Below, one piece after another: positions 9,970 through 21,515 of a stretch of DNA of 64,000 bases. The stretch is from Nitrospirota bacterium (GTDB lineage: Bacteria; Nitrospirota; Thermodesulfovibrionia; Thermodesulfovibrionales; Dissulfurispiraceae). How positions within the stretch are numbered: position 1 is the first letter of the stretch; each line of letters starts with the position of its first letter. The stretch spans positions 1,776 through 65,775 of the forward strand of contig JBFLWF010000010.1 of the NCBI GenBank assembly GCA_040758355.1, written 5' to 3'. A program made the translations under genes and the position numbers. Under the pieces are notes generated by a model. It worked only from the letters and a program-made list of their open reading frames with translations. It was not told the origin of the DNA and searched no databases.

Positions 9970-10058
9970 GTAAATGAGTTAATGGGTAAATGAGTAAATG
10001 AGTATTTGGGGTCTTTAACCCATATACCCATATACTCATATACTTATATACTTATATT
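9970..10058. repeat. Octamer-array hairpin (5 x GTAAATGA-type units facing 5 x CCCATATA-type units) between feoB and fur
   Basis: gtaaatga gttaatgg gtaaatga gtaaatga gtatttgg - ggtctttaa - cccatata cccatata ctcatata cttatata cttatatt. The last units supply the feoB C-terminal codons and stop. Confidence 0.8.
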
Positions 10059-12020
10059 GAAATATCGTAATATCCAGTTCAGCACTCCCCCGAATAGAAA
10101 TGCAGCAGGAAATACTATGGCTATAATCCACAGGGCTGTTTTTAGACCCCGTTCCTTTATGATCATGAAGAAATTGGCAAGGCACGGGACAAACAGGGTT
10201 ATTGTAACGAGGCTTACGATTGACTGAATCGGCGTTAGGAGGCCCTCTTGAGACATTACGAACAGTCCTGCCGCACCATAGTCCCTTCTCAGAAATCCGA
10301 GGATGAACGCCTCCGATGTTTTTGCAGGAAGGCCGAGGAGATTGACAACAACAGGCGATGTGAGCCTTTCGAGGTAAATAAGAAGATTGAATTTATGCAA
10401 AAGGAAAAGGATGAATGTGCCGAGGATGAAGAGCGGCACAGCCTCTTTCAGGTACCATTCAACCCTTCCTATTGTTTTTACCACGATGTTTGTTATATTG
10501 GGCATTCTGATGGGCGGTATTTCGAGGAAGAATTCGGTCCGTTCGCCGCTGACGATTTTTGATGCAAGGAAACCAGAAATGAAGAGAACTACGAGAACGC
10601 TCGATACCCATATGATTGCAGCCTTTAAGGAGAGGGCGCCGAGCATTCCCAGTATGACCCCCAATTGTGCAGAGCATGGTATGGCAAGGGCCAAAAGGAA
10701 TGTGGTGATTATCCTGTCCCTTCTTGTCTCCAGAATTCTCGATGTCATTACTGCCATTGTCCCGCATCCAAGACCCAAAACCATGGGAAGCACCGCCTTG
10801 CCATTGAGTCCTATTACATTGAATATCCTGTTGCTCATAATGGCGAGTCTCGGCAGGTATCCGCTGTCTTCAAGGATTGCAAAGGCTATGAAAAAAGTTA
10901 CGGTTATGGGGAGTATGATGGCAATGGCATATGTCAGGGCCACTGTTATAAGTCCGTACTCTCCCACGAGCAATTCCTGCAGCAGTTCTATCGGGATAAG
11001 GAGCTTGACGGCTTTTGTTACTGCTGGATTGAGGTAACCGTTAAATATGGTCTCCTCCACAAAGTCTACCAGTGTACCTGCGCCGAATACGCCGACAAAT
11101 TCATAAAAGCCGTATAACACTGCCAGTAAAACCGGAATGCCATAGACAGGGTGCATGCTTATACTGCCTATAAAATTCAGGAATTTTCCCCCTTCAGGAC
11201 TGACCCTTTTTATGACCTTGCCGGCTATTTCTTCTGCTGCCTCGATCCTTGTCTTATTTATCAAATATCCAACGGAGTCTCTGAACTTCAGCTTGCACTC
11301 GTCCCTTAGTCTTTCTATTTCTGAGAGTGCCTCTTCCTTTACATTGGCTTTCAGCCAGTCCCTGAGGCTTTCATCTTCCGACAGTATCATTATGGAGAGC
11401 GAACGCCGTGAAATATTTGATGACGGCAAGAGTTTTGATATCTTCTCGATATAATCCTCGATTACAGGAGTGTACTTTATCTGTATCGTGGGCCGCACGG
11501 GAGATACCATAGCCTCTTTTAATTCCTTTATCCCCTTTCGCTGAGGCGCTATGGTGCTTGTTACATTGATGCCGAGTGTGTTTTTAAGGCTTTCTACATC
11601 TATGGATATTCCCCTGTCCATTGCCTCATCGATCATATTGAGGTCAAGAACCATCGGAAGGCCCATCTCCGAGAGTTGAAGTGTGATCAGGAGCGTTCTT
11701 TTCAGGTTTTTTGCATCTCCTACCTGTACAACTGTTAAAGGCGCTTCTGTGAGGAGGATATCCCTTGTTACCTTTTCATCTTCGCTCATGGGTATAAGGC
11801 TGTTGACGCCGGGTGTATCAACGAGAAGCAATCTTTTACCGTCAAGGGATATATTGCCCTGTGTTATTTCAACAGTGGTACCGGGATAGTTTGATACTGT
11901 TACATATTTACCCGTGAGAAGACCGAATATCACGCTTTTACCCACATTTGGATTGCCGATAAGTGCGATTTTTTCTAAATTGCCGGCCTGTCTTTTTGTT
12001 TTCGGTTTATGTTCGTGCAA
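10044..12020 (-). CDS. feoB: Ferrous iron transporter FeoB
   Basis: N-terminal G domain GNPNVGKS / DTPG followed by a polytopic membrane domain; 658 aa. TTG start with GGAGGA 6 nt upstream. No feoA ORF is seen upstream. Confidence 0.9.
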   Translation of the reverse strand: MHEHKPKTKRQAGNLEKIALIGNPNVGKSVIFGLLTGKYVTVSNYPGTTVEITQGNISLDGKRLLLVDTPGVNSLIPMSEDEKVTRDILLTEAPLTVVQVGDAKNLKRTLLITLQLSEMGLPMVLDLNMIDEAMDRGISIDVESLKNTLGINVTSTIAPQRKGIKELKEAMVSPVRPTIQIKYTPVIEDYIEKISKLLPSSNISRRSLSIMILSEDESLRDWLKANVKEEALSEIERLRDECKLKFRDSVGYLINKTRIEAAEEIAGKVIKRVSPEGGKFLNFIGSISMHPVYGIPVLLAVLYGFYEFVGVFGAGTLVDFVEETIFNGYLNPAVTKAVKLLIPIELLQELLVGEYGLITVALTYAIAIILPITVTFFIAFAILEDSGYLPRLAIMSNRIFNVIGLNGKAVLPMVLGLGCGTMAVMTSRILETRRDRIITTFLLALAIPCSAQLGVILGMLGALSLKAAIIWVSSVLVVLFISGFLASKIVSGERTEFFLEIPPIRMPNITNIVVKTIGRVEWYLKEAVPLFILGTFILFLLHKFNLLIYLERLTSPVVVNLLGLPAKTSEAFILGFLRRDYGAAGLFVMSQEGLLTPIQSIVSLVTITLFVPCLANFFMIIKERGLKTALWIIAIVFPAAFLFGGVLNWILRYFNISI

Positions 12021-12095
12021 CTTAGTCCTCCATTTTGTTGCGATTTAATCTCAGTTACATTTTAAAACATATAGCAGATTATTTTCAACATAAAT

Positions 12096-12313
12096 CCGGC
12101 GATAAGGATAAGTCTCTTTCGTTCAGGAGCTATGTTTTGACAGTTCTAATGCTCCTTTCGCTACAGCCGCAAAACTCGCTTTGCTCAGACACTTGCGTCT
12201 GTCAGGCAATGGTATGGTCGCTCCAAGATTATACCATTGCCTGACACTTCAGTCGCAAAGAACTGTTACCAAAACATAGCTATTCACTCCAGAGACCTAT
12301 CCTTATCACCGAA
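12096..12313. repeat. MITE-like long palindromic element (about 218 bp)
   Basis: Terminal arms ccggcgataaggataagtctct...agctatgttttgacagttct (12096..12147) face agaactgttaccaaaacatagct...agagacctatccttatcaccgaa (12259..12313). The inner perfect 15-bp IR is gtcaggcaatggtat / ataccattgcctgac. Confidence 0.65.
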
Positions 12314-12324
12314 TCTCGGAAACT

Positions 12325-12360
12325 ATGAGCTATCAGCTATCAGCTATGAGCGATGAGCTA
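12325..12360. repeat. Intergenic heptamer array (ATGAGCT/ATCAGCT x5)
   Basis: atgagct atcagct atcagct atgagcg atgagct a. Confidence 0.9.
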
Positions 12361-12409
12361 ATTAGTTTAACTTGCATCTTATTTAGCGTATCTTGTATCC
12401 TTTTAAATT

Positions 12410-13513
12410 ATGCATAGAAGGTTATTTTTTATTGGTTTTTTGCTTTTAACTGCCTGCCAGATTATCGGCCAGGATATAGGATTGTCCGGGGTTTTTGATA
12501 TTCCTCCCGTTGCTGCGCAGACCGGTAAAGAACACGCAGCGACTATAAAAATCGGCAAGCATCCAAGTTTTGTGAGGATTGTTTTTTCCGGCATACCGGA
12601 TGAGTATGTGCAAAAAGCCTCGGTGATACTCACTGGTAATAATATTATCAAGGTGGATTTTCAGTCTCCTGTTACTTTTAAAACACCTGAGAAAGGCATC
12701 CTGAAAAGCGAAGCTCCCCTCGAAATAGCATCGGGGGTCAGGATTGGCGTAAAAGGAAGCAGTTGTTCGATTGCTGTAGAAAACCTCGATGATATAAACG
12801 TTTCAAAGCTTTCAACACCGACAAGGCTTGTCATAGATGCCTATATTAGCAAGCCGATAAAAGAAGAAAGGGCCATCATGGATACGCCCATCGAAGGCAG
12901 TTCCATCCCGATGGAGACATTTATTATAGATCCCGGTCATGGTGGATACGACAGCGGGATTCGCGGCAAGAATTTTGTGGAGAAGGACTTTGTCATGTCA
13001 TTCGCAAGGGATTTTTCGCACATGCTCGAAAAAAAGGGTAAAAAGGTCTTTCTTACCAGAAAAGGCGATCAGGTGCTCTCCATAAAGGACAGGGTCAAGG
13101 CTGCAAATCAGAAGTCTCCAGAAATCTTTATCAGCCTGCACATATCGTCCAAAAACGAGTTCGGCATATATACTGCGCCAAAGATGCCAAAGGTGATGAC
13201 AATCCAGAGCCAATCCCAGACAGAAAAGGCATCAGAGCAGGATAGCGATAAAAATATTGCGAATGCCATAGCAAGTAATATTAAAAATGAATTGGGTGTA
13301 AATGTCAGACGTGAGAGACTGCCCTTGTCGGTCATAGCATATGTCAATGCACCTGCTTTATTAATCGAACTGCCAAACCCCGAGAAATTTCATTATGATA
13401 AAAAAAACAGGGAGCGTCTGATAAATATAGTATTAAAGGGGATTGCGTCTTCTTCTGCTCAGGGATCACCCATTAAAAACGGAAAGGGAGAGGTATCAGC
13501 AGGTGGAAAATAA
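12410..13513 (+). CDS. N-acetylmuramoyl-L-alanine amidase (Amidase_3 family) lipoprotein
   Basis: Lipobox LLTAC. Catalytic domain IIDPGHGGYDSG...FISLHIS...ALLIELPN. Confidence 0.8.
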   Translation: MHRRLFFIGFLLLTACQIIGQDIGLSGVFDIPPVAAQTGKEHAATIKIGKHPSFVRIVFSGIPDEYVQKASVILTGNNIIKVDFQSPVTFKTPEKGILKSEAPLEIASGVRIGVKGSSCSIAVENLDDINVSKLSTPTRLVIDAYISKPIKEERAIMDTPIEGSSIPMETFIIDPGHGGYDSGIRGKNFVEKDFVMSFARDFSHMLEKKGKKVFLTRKGDQVLSIKDRVKAANQKSPEIFISLHISSKNEFGIYTAPKMPKVMTIQSQSQTEKASEQDSDKNIANAIASNIKNELGVNVRRERLPLSVIAYVNAPALLIELPNPEKFHYDKKNRERLINIVLKGIASSSAQGSPIKNGKGEVSAGGK

Positions 13514-14078
13514 GAGGAACTTACTTATAGCCCTGCTGCTCCTTTTAATCGCAGCATCATCCGGATGGCTGTTTACAAGGTATTATCATTCGCCGGCAGA
13601 GAAAAGCGATAGTCCATTGATTGAACTGAAGGACGGCATCCCTCAGGATCATCAAAATCGGGCTGCCTTTGGAATAAGCGGGGAGGACATGATTGCAGTA
13701 AAGATATTTTATCCATCCGAAGACGGCGTGACCCCTGAAGACAGAACGATCCCGAGCAAGCCGCTGCCTGTGGCAATGGCCGATGTGGTCATTGAAGAAT
13801 ATCTGAAAGTGTTAAGAGAAGGTCTTAAGGATGCAAAACTCCTCGGTGTATACCGTGATAGAAATAATGTGCTTTACATCGATTTTTCGGACGAATTCAG
13901 AAGGAATTTTTACGGGGATGCGAGACAGGAGTACTATCTTCTGAAGTCGCTGTTTGATACTGTTATTACAAACGTCGCCGGGACAGAGGATGTGAGGTTA
14001 TTAATAGAGGGAAAGGAGATAGAGAGCATAGGAGGTCATTTCTCAATTCTTTATGGACTGAAAGGGATAATGAATTGA
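13503..14078 (+). CDS. GerMN-domain protein with N-terminal membrane anchor
   Basis: The in-frame GTG at 13503 overlaps the amidase stop. Anchor LLIALLLLLIAASSGWLF. C-terminal block VLYIDFSDEF...LLKSLFDTVITNVAGTEDVRLLIEGKEIESIGGHF. Confidence 0.55.
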   Translation: MENKRNLLIALLLLLIAASSGWLFTRYYHSPAEKSDSPLIELKDGIPQDHQNRAAFGISGEDMIAVKIFYPSEDGVTPEDRTIPSKPLPVAMADVVIEEYLKVLREGLKDAKLLGVYRDRNNVLYIDFSDEFRRNFYGDARQEYYLLKSLFDTVITNVAGTEDVRLLIEGKEIESIGGHFSILYGLKGIMN

Positions 14079-14101
14079 GAAAACAAAGCTTTTGCGAATA
14101 T

Positions 14102-14920
14102 ATGAGCGATAGATCAATAGGCATTTTCGATTCAGGTGTAGGCGGCCTTACTGTTTTAAAAGAGGTCAGCAGGATATTGCCTTCTGAAAATATTATTTAC
14201 CTTGGCGACACTGCGAGGGTCCCTTATGGCATCAGATCGCCTGAGACCGTGACCCGATACTCCTTTGAATGCACGGAATTTCTCTTAAGGCAGGACATAA
14301 AGCTTTTAATTGTTGCTTGTAACACTGTATCTGCCATAAGCCTGAAAGAAATACAGAAAAAGGTTTCTATACCCGTAATAGGCGTTATAGAGCCGGGTGC
14401 AAGGGCTGCAGTAAATTCCACAAAAAATAGAAGGATAGGTATAATAGGGACAGAGGCGACCATCAAGAGCAGTGCCTACCTGAAGGCTATTAAAGCACTT
14501 GATAAGGATATAGAGGTCTTTGGATTGCCATGTCCGCTCTTCGTCCCGCTGGTGGAAGAGGGCTGGACAGACGGTATTATAGCCAGACTTGTTGTGGAGA
14601 AATACCTGAAGGATATGATGTACAAGGGAGTGGATACCCTTGTCCTTGGATGCACCCATTATCCGCTTTTGAAGGGTGTGATTCAGGATGTGATGAATAA
14701 TGTCTGTCTTGTGGATTCAGCCATCGAGACAGCGAAGGTTGTAAGGGATGTTTTAAAGAGTCGGGAGTCAAGAGTCGAGAGTCGAGAGGCAGGAGTTAGT
14801 GGTCAAGGAAGGATAAAATTTTATGTGACCGATTCTACCGAAAAGTTTGTGAATGTCGGCGAGAGGTTTTTGCAGAGCAGGATTGAGGATATAGAAAAAA
14901 TAACGCTGGAGGTAAGATGA
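14102..14920 (+). CDS. murI: Glutamate racemase MurI
   Basis: [25 protein letters not shown]. The likely start is ATG 14102, whereas the track starts at TTG 14075. The C-terminus carries a heptamer-derived [17 protein letters not shown] segment. Confidence 0.9.
   Translation: MSDRSIGIFDSGVGGLTVLKEVSRILPSENIIYLGDTARVPYGIRSPETVTRYSFECTEFLLRQDIKLLIVACNTVSAISLKEIQKKVSIPVIGVIEPGARAAVNSTKNRRIGIIGTEATIKSSAYLKAIKALDKDIEVFGLPCPLFVPLVEEGWTDGIIARLVVEKYLKDMMYKGVDTLVLGCTHYPLLKGVIQDVMNNVCLVDSAIETAKVVRDVLKSRESRVESREAGVSGQGRIKFYVTDSTEKFVNVGERFLQSRIEDIEKITLEVR
14758..14806. repeat. GAGTCGA-type heptamer array (7 units) inside murI
   Basis: gagtcgg gagtcaa gagtcga gagtcga gaggcag gagttag tggtcaa. Confidence 0.85.
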
Positions 14921-15648
14921 GGCCTGACGGAAGAAAGAACGATGAACTGAGAAGGGTGGAGGTTAAAAGGAATTTCATACCCTCTGCTGAAGGCTCTGTA
15001 CTGATAGAAATGGGGAACACGAGGATCATATGCACGGCATCCATAGAGGACAAGGTGCCTCCCTTCCTAAGAGACCAGAAAAAGGGATGGGTGACTGCAG
15101 AATACGGCATGATCCCGAGGGCTACGCATACAAGGAGCATGAGGGAATCCACCTCTGGACGCATAGGAGGAAGGACGCAGGAGATCCAGAGATTAATCGG
15201 AAGGTCGCTAAGGGCGGTGGTTGACCTCGAACTTCTTGGCGAAAGGACAGTATGGATCGACTGCGATGTGATACAGGCTGATGGAGGTACGAGGACTGCC
15301 TCCATAACAGGAGCCTTTATCGCCCTTAATGATGCATTGCATCGTGCCCTGAGAAACGGCATAATAGAAAGGAACCCTGTAAAAGACTATCTTGCTGCTG
15401 TCAGCGTGGGCATTATTAACAGTGAGCCGCGCCTCGACCTCTGTTATGCCGAGGATTCCACGGCAGAGGTCGATATGAATGTGGTCATGACAGGAGACGC
15501 CAAAATAGTTGAAATCCAGGGCACTGCAGAATCAGAGCCATTTTCAAAGGATACGCTCAATGTACTTCTTTCGCTGGCAGAAAAGGGCGTTGGAGAGCTG
15601 GTTAAAATCCAGAGAGAGATAGTAAAGTCAAATATGTTAAAATATTAG
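14917..15648 (+). CDS. rph: Ribonuclease PH
   Basis: [12 protein letters not shown]..., [35 protein letters not shown]; 243 aa. Confidence 0.95.
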   Translation: MRPDGRKNDELRRVEVKRNFIPSAEGSVLIEMGNTRIICTASIEDKVPPFLRDQKKGWVTAEYGMIPRATHTRSMRESTSGRIGGRTQEIQRLIGRSLRAVVDLELLGERTVWIDCDVIQADGGTRTASITGAFIALNDALHRALRNGIIERNPVKDYLAAVSVGIINSEPRLDLCYAEDSTAEVDMNVVMTGDAKIVEIQGTAESEPFSKDTLNVLLSLAEKGVGELVKIQREIVKSNMLKY

Positions 15649-15652
15649 AAAT

Positions 15653-17467
15653 ATGCAAGGGAAAGGCCAAAATATGTATAAGAGTCTGTTTGTTTGGTTG
15701 CTCATAGGGATGGCAATGATCCTCCTCTTTAATCTCTTCAATGTCCCGCCCAAGAGCGAAAAGGAGATAATATTCTCCGAATTCATCTCGAAAGTGGAAT
15801 CCGGGGATGTGGATGAGGTCACAATCAAGGAGAACTACATTACCGGCAGGTTCAAGGACGGAAACAAGTTCAGGACATATACGGCGAATTATCCCGACCT
15901 TATTAAGGAGTTGAGGGATAAGAATGTTAAAATAACTGCCAGGCCGCCTGACCAGAACCCATGGTATGTGAACTTCTTCTTCTCATGGGGTCCTATTATA
16001 TTCCTCGTTCTGGTATGGATTGTTTTTATGAGGCAAATGCAGATGGGCGGCAACAAGGCAATGTCCTTTGGAAAGGCGAAGGCAAAGCTCGTATCTGAAA
16101 AATCGGTGAAGATTACATTTGCAGATGTTGCAGGCATAGAAGAGGCAAAGACAGAGGTTGAGGAAATAATCGAATTCCTTAAAGACCCGCAGAAGTTTTC
16201 CAAACTTGGAGGAAAAATCCCGAAGGGTGTCCTTCTGGTAGGATCTCCCGGCACCGGTAAGACCCTTCTTGCAAAGGCAATAGCAGGCGAGGCAGGCGTG
16301 CCATTCTTCTCGATATCTGGTTCCGACTTTGTGGAAATGTTTGTCGGTGTCGGTGCATCACGAGTAAGGGACCTCTTTGAACAGGCTAAGAAGAACGCTC
16401 CATGCATAATATTCATAGATGAAATAGATGCTGTCGGAAGACACAGAGGCGCAGGACTCGGAGGCGGACATGACGAAAGGGAGCAGACCCTTAATGCCCT
16501 TCTTGTTGAGATGGATGGCTTTGAAGGGAATGAAGGCATTATTATTATTGCTGCAACCAACAGGCCCGATGTCCTTGATCCAGCGCTTTTAAGACCGGGC
16601 AGATTTGACAGGCAGATAGTTGTGCCCATACCTGATGTGAGGGGAAGGAACGAGATACTTAAAGTTCATACTAAGAATATACCCCTTGCCGAAGATGCCA
16701 ACCTCGAAAAGATTGCAAGAGGAACACCAGGATTTTCCGGCGCAGACCTTGCAAACCTTGTGAATGAAGCCGCACTCCTTGCTGCAAGGAAGACAAAGGA
16801 CAAAGTAGATATGTCCGATTTTGAATCTGCCAAGGACAAGGTATTGATGGGTGTTGAAAGGCGGAGCATGGTTTTGAGCGATGCAGAAAAGAAGAATACC
16901 GCTTATCACGAGGCAGGCCATGCCCTTGTTGCGAAGCTTACGCCTGGAACAGATCCTATACACAAGGTGAGCATCATACCGAGGGGAAGGGCGCTTGGAG
17001 TTACGCAGCAGCTTCCAATAGACGACAGATATACATATTCGAGGGACTATCTCGAAAAGACATTGAATGTGCTTTTAGGAGGAAGGGCTGCCGAGGAGAT
17101 AGCCTTACATCACATGACTACAGGTGCAGGAAATGACCTTGAAAGGGCTACAGAGCTTGCAAGAAAGATGGTCACAGAATGGGGTATGAGCGAAAAGCTC
17201 GGTCCACTTACATTCGGGAAGAAGGATGAACAGATATTCCTCGGTCGTGAAATAGCAAAACACAAAGACTATAGCGAGAAGACCGCTGTTGATATAGATG
17301 AGGAGATAAAGAGAATAGTCACAGGCGCCTATGAAAGGGCAAGGAAGATTTTAGAGGACAACTACGACCTCCTCGATGCCCTTGCACACGCCCTTCTCGA
17401 GAGAGAGACAATAGAGGGACACGATATAGATAAACTCATTGAAGAGACAAGAGCTGTGGGGGCATGA
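15653..17467 (+). CDS. ftsH: ATP-dependent zinc metalloprotease FtsH
   Basis: [34 protein letters not shown] zinc site; 604 aa. The start may be the internal ATG at 15674. Confidence 0.95.
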   Translation: MQGKGQNMYKSLFVWLLIGMAMILLFNLFNVPPKSEKEIIFSEFISKVESGDVDEVTIKENYITGRFKDGNKFRTYTANYPDLIKELRDKNVKITARPPDQNPWYVNFFFSWGPIIFLVLVWIVFMRQMQMGGNKAMSFGKAKAKLVSEKSVKITFADVAGIEEAKTEVEEIIEFLKDPQKFSKLGGKIPKGVLLVGSPGTGKTLLAKAIAGEAGVPFFSISGSDFVEMFVGVGASRVRDLFEQAKKNAPCIIFIDEIDAVGRHRGAGLGGGHDEREQTLNALLVEMDGFEGNEGIIIIAATNRPDVLDPALLRPGRFDRQIVVPIPDVRGRNEILKVHTKNIPLAEDANLEKIARGTPGFSGADLANLVNEAALLAARKTKDKVDMSDFESAKDKVLMGVERRSMVLSDAEKKNTAYHEAGHALVAKLTPGTDPIHKVSIIPRGRALGVTQQLPIDDRYTYSRDYLEKTLNVLLGGRAAEEIALHHMTTGAGNDLERATELARKMVTEWGMSEKLGPLTFGKKDEQIFLGREIAKHKDYSEKTAVDIDEEIKRIVTGAYERARKILEDNYDLLDALAHALLERETIEGHDIDKLIEETRAVGA

Positions 17468-18330
17468 AGATTGAGTGGTCGGGTTTCTCTTTAAACTTCG
17501 ATAAGAAGACTTACATCATGGGGGTGCTTAATGTCACCCCCGATTCATTTTCTGACGGTGGTCTTTTTTTTAGTGAAAAGAAGGCCATCGAACATGCCCT
17601 CAGACTCATAGAAGACGGAGCCGATATTATAGATATTGGCGGTGAATCCACAAGGCCCGGCTCGGAGCCTGTTTCAGTAGAAGAAGAAATCAGGCGCACA
17701 ATACCTGTAATAAAGGCTATCTCAAGAGAAATAAAAGTCCCGATCTCCATCGACACTTACAAGTCAGAGGTCGCAAAACACGCCCTTGATGCAGGAGCGT
17801 CAATTGTAAATGACATAAGCGGACTGAGGTTCGACCCTGAAATGCCAAAGGTTGTTTCTGAATATAAGGTTCCGGTAATAATCATGCACATAAAGGGAAG
17901 GCCGAAGGATATGCAGCAGAACCCTGTTTATGAGGCATTGATCCCTGAGATTATGGATTATCTGAGAATAAGTATTAGGCTTGCCAACAAATTCGGCATT
18001 TCAGATGATAAGATTATCATTGATCTAGGCATCGGTTTTGGAAAGACATTTGAGCATAACCTTGAGATCATAAAAAACCTTAAAGAATTTACTCTCCTTG
18101 GAAAGCCTATTGCAGTAGGCGTATCGAGAAAGGCTTTTATAGGAAAAATACTCGGCGATGTCCCTCCATCCGAAAGGCTTGAAGGCACTGCAGCTGCTGT
18201 GGCTATCTCCATATTCAATGGTGCAAACATTGTCAGGGTGCATGATGTGAAGGAGATGGCAAGGGTTGCAAAGGTTGCGGATGCTATAAAAAACGGGGTC
18301 CCCAAAAAGTCGCAAGACTTTTTGGGGTAG
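17464..18330 (+). CDS. folP: Dihydropteroate synthase
   Basis: [34 protein letters not shown]; 288 aa. Confidence 0.9.
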   Translation: MKIEWSGFSLNFDKKTYIMGVLNVTPDSFSDGGLFFSEKKAIEHALRLIEDGADIIDIGGESTRPGSEPVSVEEEIRRTIPVIKAISREIKVPISIDTYKSEVAKHALDAGASIVNDISGLRFDPEMPKVVSEYKVPVIIMHIKGRPKDMQQNPVYEALIPEIMDYLRISIRLANKFGISDDKIIIDLGIGFGKTFEHNLEIIKNLKEFTLLGKPIAVGVSRKAFIGKILGDVPPSERLEGTAAAVAISIFNGANIVRVHDVKEMARVAKVADAIKNGVPKKSQDFLG

Positions 18331-18350
18331 TAGTGATGTAGAATTTAATC

Positions 18351-19316
18351 ATGGCCGATTTCACCCAGGACGACCTCAGAGATTTAATGTCAAAATGGCT
18401 TGAGCCTGAGCGCATGCCGAAAAGGTTCAGGATTGTTACCGACACTACGGATTTTTATAGAGTGGATTATGACGATGTGGCAATATTTGAAGGCAGACCG
18501 TATCTTATAAGAAATGTCGAAAAGGAAGGCAGGTTCGGCATCGATGAGCAGCCAAAGTTCTGGGTCAAGAGGGCAATAGACCTGATAACCGGAGAGACAA
18601 AGATCATAAAACTGGTCTTCTGGGAAAGGTTTACTGCAAAGGTCGGGGGCATTTCATTTGAGTGCTTCAGAAGCCCTAAAAAAGAGGCAAGGATCCTCGA
18701 TCTGGTAAAAGGTCATCCCAATTTCATGCAGGGATTCTCTGTCGAGGATTCTGTTGGAAACCTCATACGCATCATCGATTATATTAAAGGCAAGACATTG
18801 AGCGACCTTGTATTTTCAATAAAGAAATCCCATGAAGAATATTTTCACGATGACCTTCCTTCACTCTTAAAATCTTATACGGAAATAATAGATGCCGTAA
18901 GATTCCTTCATAATCACGGTGAAAAACATGGCGACATCAGGAGAGATCACATACTAAAGGACACAAAGACAGGAGAGTATAAATGGATAGACTTTGATTT
19001 CAATTACTATCACGGGGAGAATAAATTCGGCTACGATCTGTTCGGCCTCGGCAATATCCTTATATTCCTCGTGGGCGGAGGCGATGTGACTATACAAGGC
19101 TTTGCAGATAAACCCGATATTTTGAATTCAATAAATGGAAATGACACGAACATCGTATTTCATAATCGTGTTGCAAACCTTAAAAAGGTCTATTCATATA
19201 TCCCCGATGAGCTTAATTACATCCTCCTGCATTTCTCCAACGGAGCGGCTGTGTTCTACGAATCCACGGATGAACTCTTCTCTGACATGGAGAAGGCGAT
19301 AAACAAAATATGCTAA
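18351..19316 (+). CDS. Atypical protein-kinase-like fold protein, function unknown
   Basis: [16 protein letters not shown] (HxD..N-like catalytic loop) followed by WIDFDFNY (DFG-like). I do not recognise a glycine-rich loop. Confidence 0.5.
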   Translation: MADFTQDDLRDLMSKWLEPERMPKRFRIVTDTTDFYRVDYDDVAIFEGRPYLIRNVEKEGRFGIDEQPKFWVKRAIDLITGETKIIKLVFWERFTAKVGGISFECFRSPKKEARILDLVKGHPNFMQGFSVEDSVGNLIRIIDYIKGKTLSDLVFSIKKSHEEYFHDDLPSLLKSYTEIIDAVRFLHNHGEKHGDIRRDHILKDTKTGEYKWIDFDFNYYHGENKFGYDLFGLGNILIFLVGGGDVTIQGFADKPDILNSINGNDTNIVFHNRVANLKKVYSYIPDELNYILLHFSNGAAVFYESTDELFSDMEKAINKIC

Positions 19317-19357
19317 AATACGCACCTGGAAAAAGGCGTTTTAACAAAGGAGGAGAC

Positions 19358-20569
19358 GTGTCTGACAGGATTAAGGTGAAAAATCCCATCGTCGAAATAG
19401 ACGGCGATGAAATGACCAGGATCATATGGCATCTCATAAAGGAGAAGCTCATACTGCCTTTCCTTGATATCGATTTGAAATATTACGACCTCGGCCTAAA
19501 GCACAGGGATGAGACCGATGACAAGGTTACCGTTGAATCGGCATATGCCATAAAGGAGTTCGGTGTCGGTGTAAAGTGCGCCACCATAACTCCCAATGCA
19601 GCCCGTGTAAAGGAATACAACCTCAAACAACAGTGGAAAAGCCCCAACGGGACAATCCGTTCAATACTGGACGGTACGGTATTCAGAAAGCCCATAATCA
19701 TAAAAAATATTCCGCCTGCAGTCTGCAAATGGAAGAAGCCGATCATTATAGGACGCCATGCATACGGAGACATATACAAGGATGTGGAGATTGTGGTCGA
19801 TGGGCCCGGCACTGCAGAGATTGTCTTCACTCCCGAAGGAGGCGGTGAAAAGACCATATTGAAGATTCACGACTTCAAGGGCAAAGGCGTAATCATGGGA
19901 ATGCATAATACTGAAAAGTCCATCAGGAGCTTTGCACAGTCATGTATAAATTATGCCCTCAGCGAAAAGGTTGACCTGTGGTTCGGCGCAAAGGATACAA
20001 TTTCTAAACAGTATCACGGCTTTTTCAGAGATGTCTTTGCCGAGGAAGTGGAAAAGGTTAGAGACAAGTTTGGGCAGGCTGGAATACATTACCGTTACCT
20101 CCTGATCGATGATGCTGTTGCACAGGTGATAAAATCAGAAGGCGGCATGCTCTGGGCATGTATGAACTACGACGGTGATGTAATGTCCGATATGGTGGCA
20201 ACAGGTTTCGGAAGCCTTGGTCTTATGACATCTGTTCTTGTATCACCGGATGGCAAATTCGAGTATGAGGCTGCGCATGGTACAGTGATGAGACACTATT
20301 ACGAATATCTTAAAGGCAAGCCCACATCAACAAATTCCATTGCATCTATCTTCGCATGGACAGGCGCCATAGCAAAAAGGGGAGAGCTTGACAACACACC
20401 CGATGTAATCAGATTTGCAAAGACCATCGAAAGTGTTGTTATCCAGACAGTTGAAAGCGGCATAATGACAAAAGACCTGATGCTAATAGCAGAGCCTCCT
20501 GTAACAAAATACGCCCTTACAGAAGAGTTTATCGATGCAGTTTCAGAGAGGCTTAAAAAGGCGATTTAG
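19358..20569 (+). CDS. icd: NADP-dependent isocitrate dehydrogenase (eukaryote-like IDH1/2 type)
   Basis: [34 protein letters not shown]. The probable GTG start at 19358 has AGGAGG just upstream, whereas the track starts at 19310. Confidence 0.9.
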   Translation: MSDRIKVKNPIVEIDGDEMTRIIWHLIKEKLILPFLDIDLKYYDLGLKHRDETDDKVTVESAYAIKEFGVGVKCATITPNAARVKEYNLKQQWKSPNGTIRSILDGTVFRKPIIIKNIPPAVCKWKKPIIIGRHAYGDIYKDVEIVVDGPGTAEIVFTPEGGGEKTILKIHDFKGKGVIMGMHNTEKSIRSFAQSCINYALSEKVDLWFGAKDTISKQYHGFFRDVFAEEVEKVRDKFGQAGIHYRYLLIDDAVAQVIKSEGGMLWACMNYDGDVMSDMVATGFGSLGLMTSVLVSPDGKFEYEAAHGTVMRHYYEYLKGKPTSTNSIASIFAWTGAIAKRGELDNTPDVIRFAKTIESVVIQTVESGIMTKDLMLIAEPPVTKYALTEEFIDAVSERLKKAI

Positions 20570-20811
20570 CCTCCATTTTCTTCCAGTTTTTTCAGCAGGT
20601 CTTTCTTCTTGATTCTTCCGTGAAGGGTTGAGCCGTCTTTGAACTCAAACACAGGAATATCGAACCTGTAAAGTTCATAGAGCGCATCGTCAGAGGTTAT
20701 GTCTATTTTGTTGACTTCTATTTCGTATTTTCCCATTAGGCCGTTCAGCATCTCCTCTGCCATGTCGCACAGCCAGCATCCCGGTTTATAGTAAAAAGTC
20801 AGCCTGACCAT
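20566..20811 (-). CDS. Glutaredoxin-like small thiol-disulfide protein
   Basis: 81 aa with [10 protein letters not shown] (CxxC) near the N-terminus in a thioredoxin-fold pattern. Confidence 0.7.
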   Translation of the reverse strand: MVRLTFYYKPGCWLCDMAEEMLNGLMGKYEIEVNKIDITSDDALYELYRFDIPVFEFKDGSTLHGRIKKKDLLKKLEENGG

Positions 20812-20814
20812 AAT

Positions 20815-21408
20815 TTATTTCTTATCCTTTGAGCCGTGTACCCACCAGTCGCTCTTGTCCTCAAACCACCAGAGTGACGAATCCGTTTCTATTATTGTTT
20901 CTGCAAGTTCCCTCGCGATATCTGTCTTAAGTCGCTTCATGGCAAAATCGAGCCATTCATCAGCGTATTTATTGCCGAGGTCTTTGTATTCCTTCAATGC
21001 GAGTATCATTTCGAGCTGGTCGGCATCATAAGCCAACTGCGCCTCAAGGGTCTTTCCTTCCAAAAACTCGAGGATAAGTCCTTTTATCTCGTCTCCGAAA
21101 GGCAATGTTCCTGAAAGGTCATCGATTGCCTTATGCTCATCAGGTTTAACGTACTTTTTGTTAACATAATTCAGATCTCCTGTCCTTGCCTCATGAAGGT
21201 CATGGAACAGGCACATCTTGATAAGCTTGTCCGTATCCGCATTCTCTGTCATTCGTCCAAGGGCATATCCGATATACACTGTCCTGAATATATGCTCTGC
21301 AACTGATTCGGCCCCTGAGCCTAAAAACTGAAAGCCGGTGCGTGGCGTGCGCTTTAGCATTCCTGCCTCGAATAGAAAATTTGCTATCCTCTGCATAATG
21401 TTCTCCAT
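20815..21408 (-). CDS. HD-domain phosphohydrolase (YfbR-like 5'-nucleotidase family)
   Basis: ESVAEHIFR...LFHDLHEARTGD...AYDADQLEM; 197 aa. Confidence 0.75.
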   Translation of the reverse strand: MENIMQRIANFLFEAGMLKRTPRTGFQFLGSGAESVAEHIFRTVYIGYALGRMTENADTDKLIKMCLFHDLHEARTGDLNYVNKKYVKPDEHKAIDDLSGTLPFGDEIKGLILEFLEGKTLEAQLAYDADQLEMILALKEYKDLGNKYADEWLDFAMKRLKTDIARELAETIIETDSSLWWFEDKSDWWVHGSKDKK

Positions 21409-21515
21409 AAAATGATATTAGTTTTAACTTATTATTTTACTTCTGCATTGAGTATTTTTTCAAAAATTGGGTAAAATTTAAGGGGTTTAATATCAGATGG
21501 CACGGAGGTATTTTA

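Noticed and set aside
12074-12089. Possible Fur box (gcagattattttcaac) upstream of feoB
   Set aside because: It only partially resembles the GATAAT-hexamer consensus, and A/T-rich spacers produce such matches readily.
15889-16629. Long antisense ORFs inside ftsH, cheV, feoB, napA, cusA and other genes (e.g. 15889..16629, 5219..5734, 10387..11037, 52071..52589)
   Set aside because: They lie entirely within strongly supported genes on the opposite strand. Their composition is Ser/Pro/Leu-rich and low in complexity, typical of shadow ORFs.
21498-21503. TGGCAC hexamer upstream of ORF 21516 (possible sigma-54 -24 element)
   Set aside because: There is no GC at the required GG-N10-GC spacing. The hexamer sits only about 13 nt from the start codon and overlaps the ribosome-binding region.
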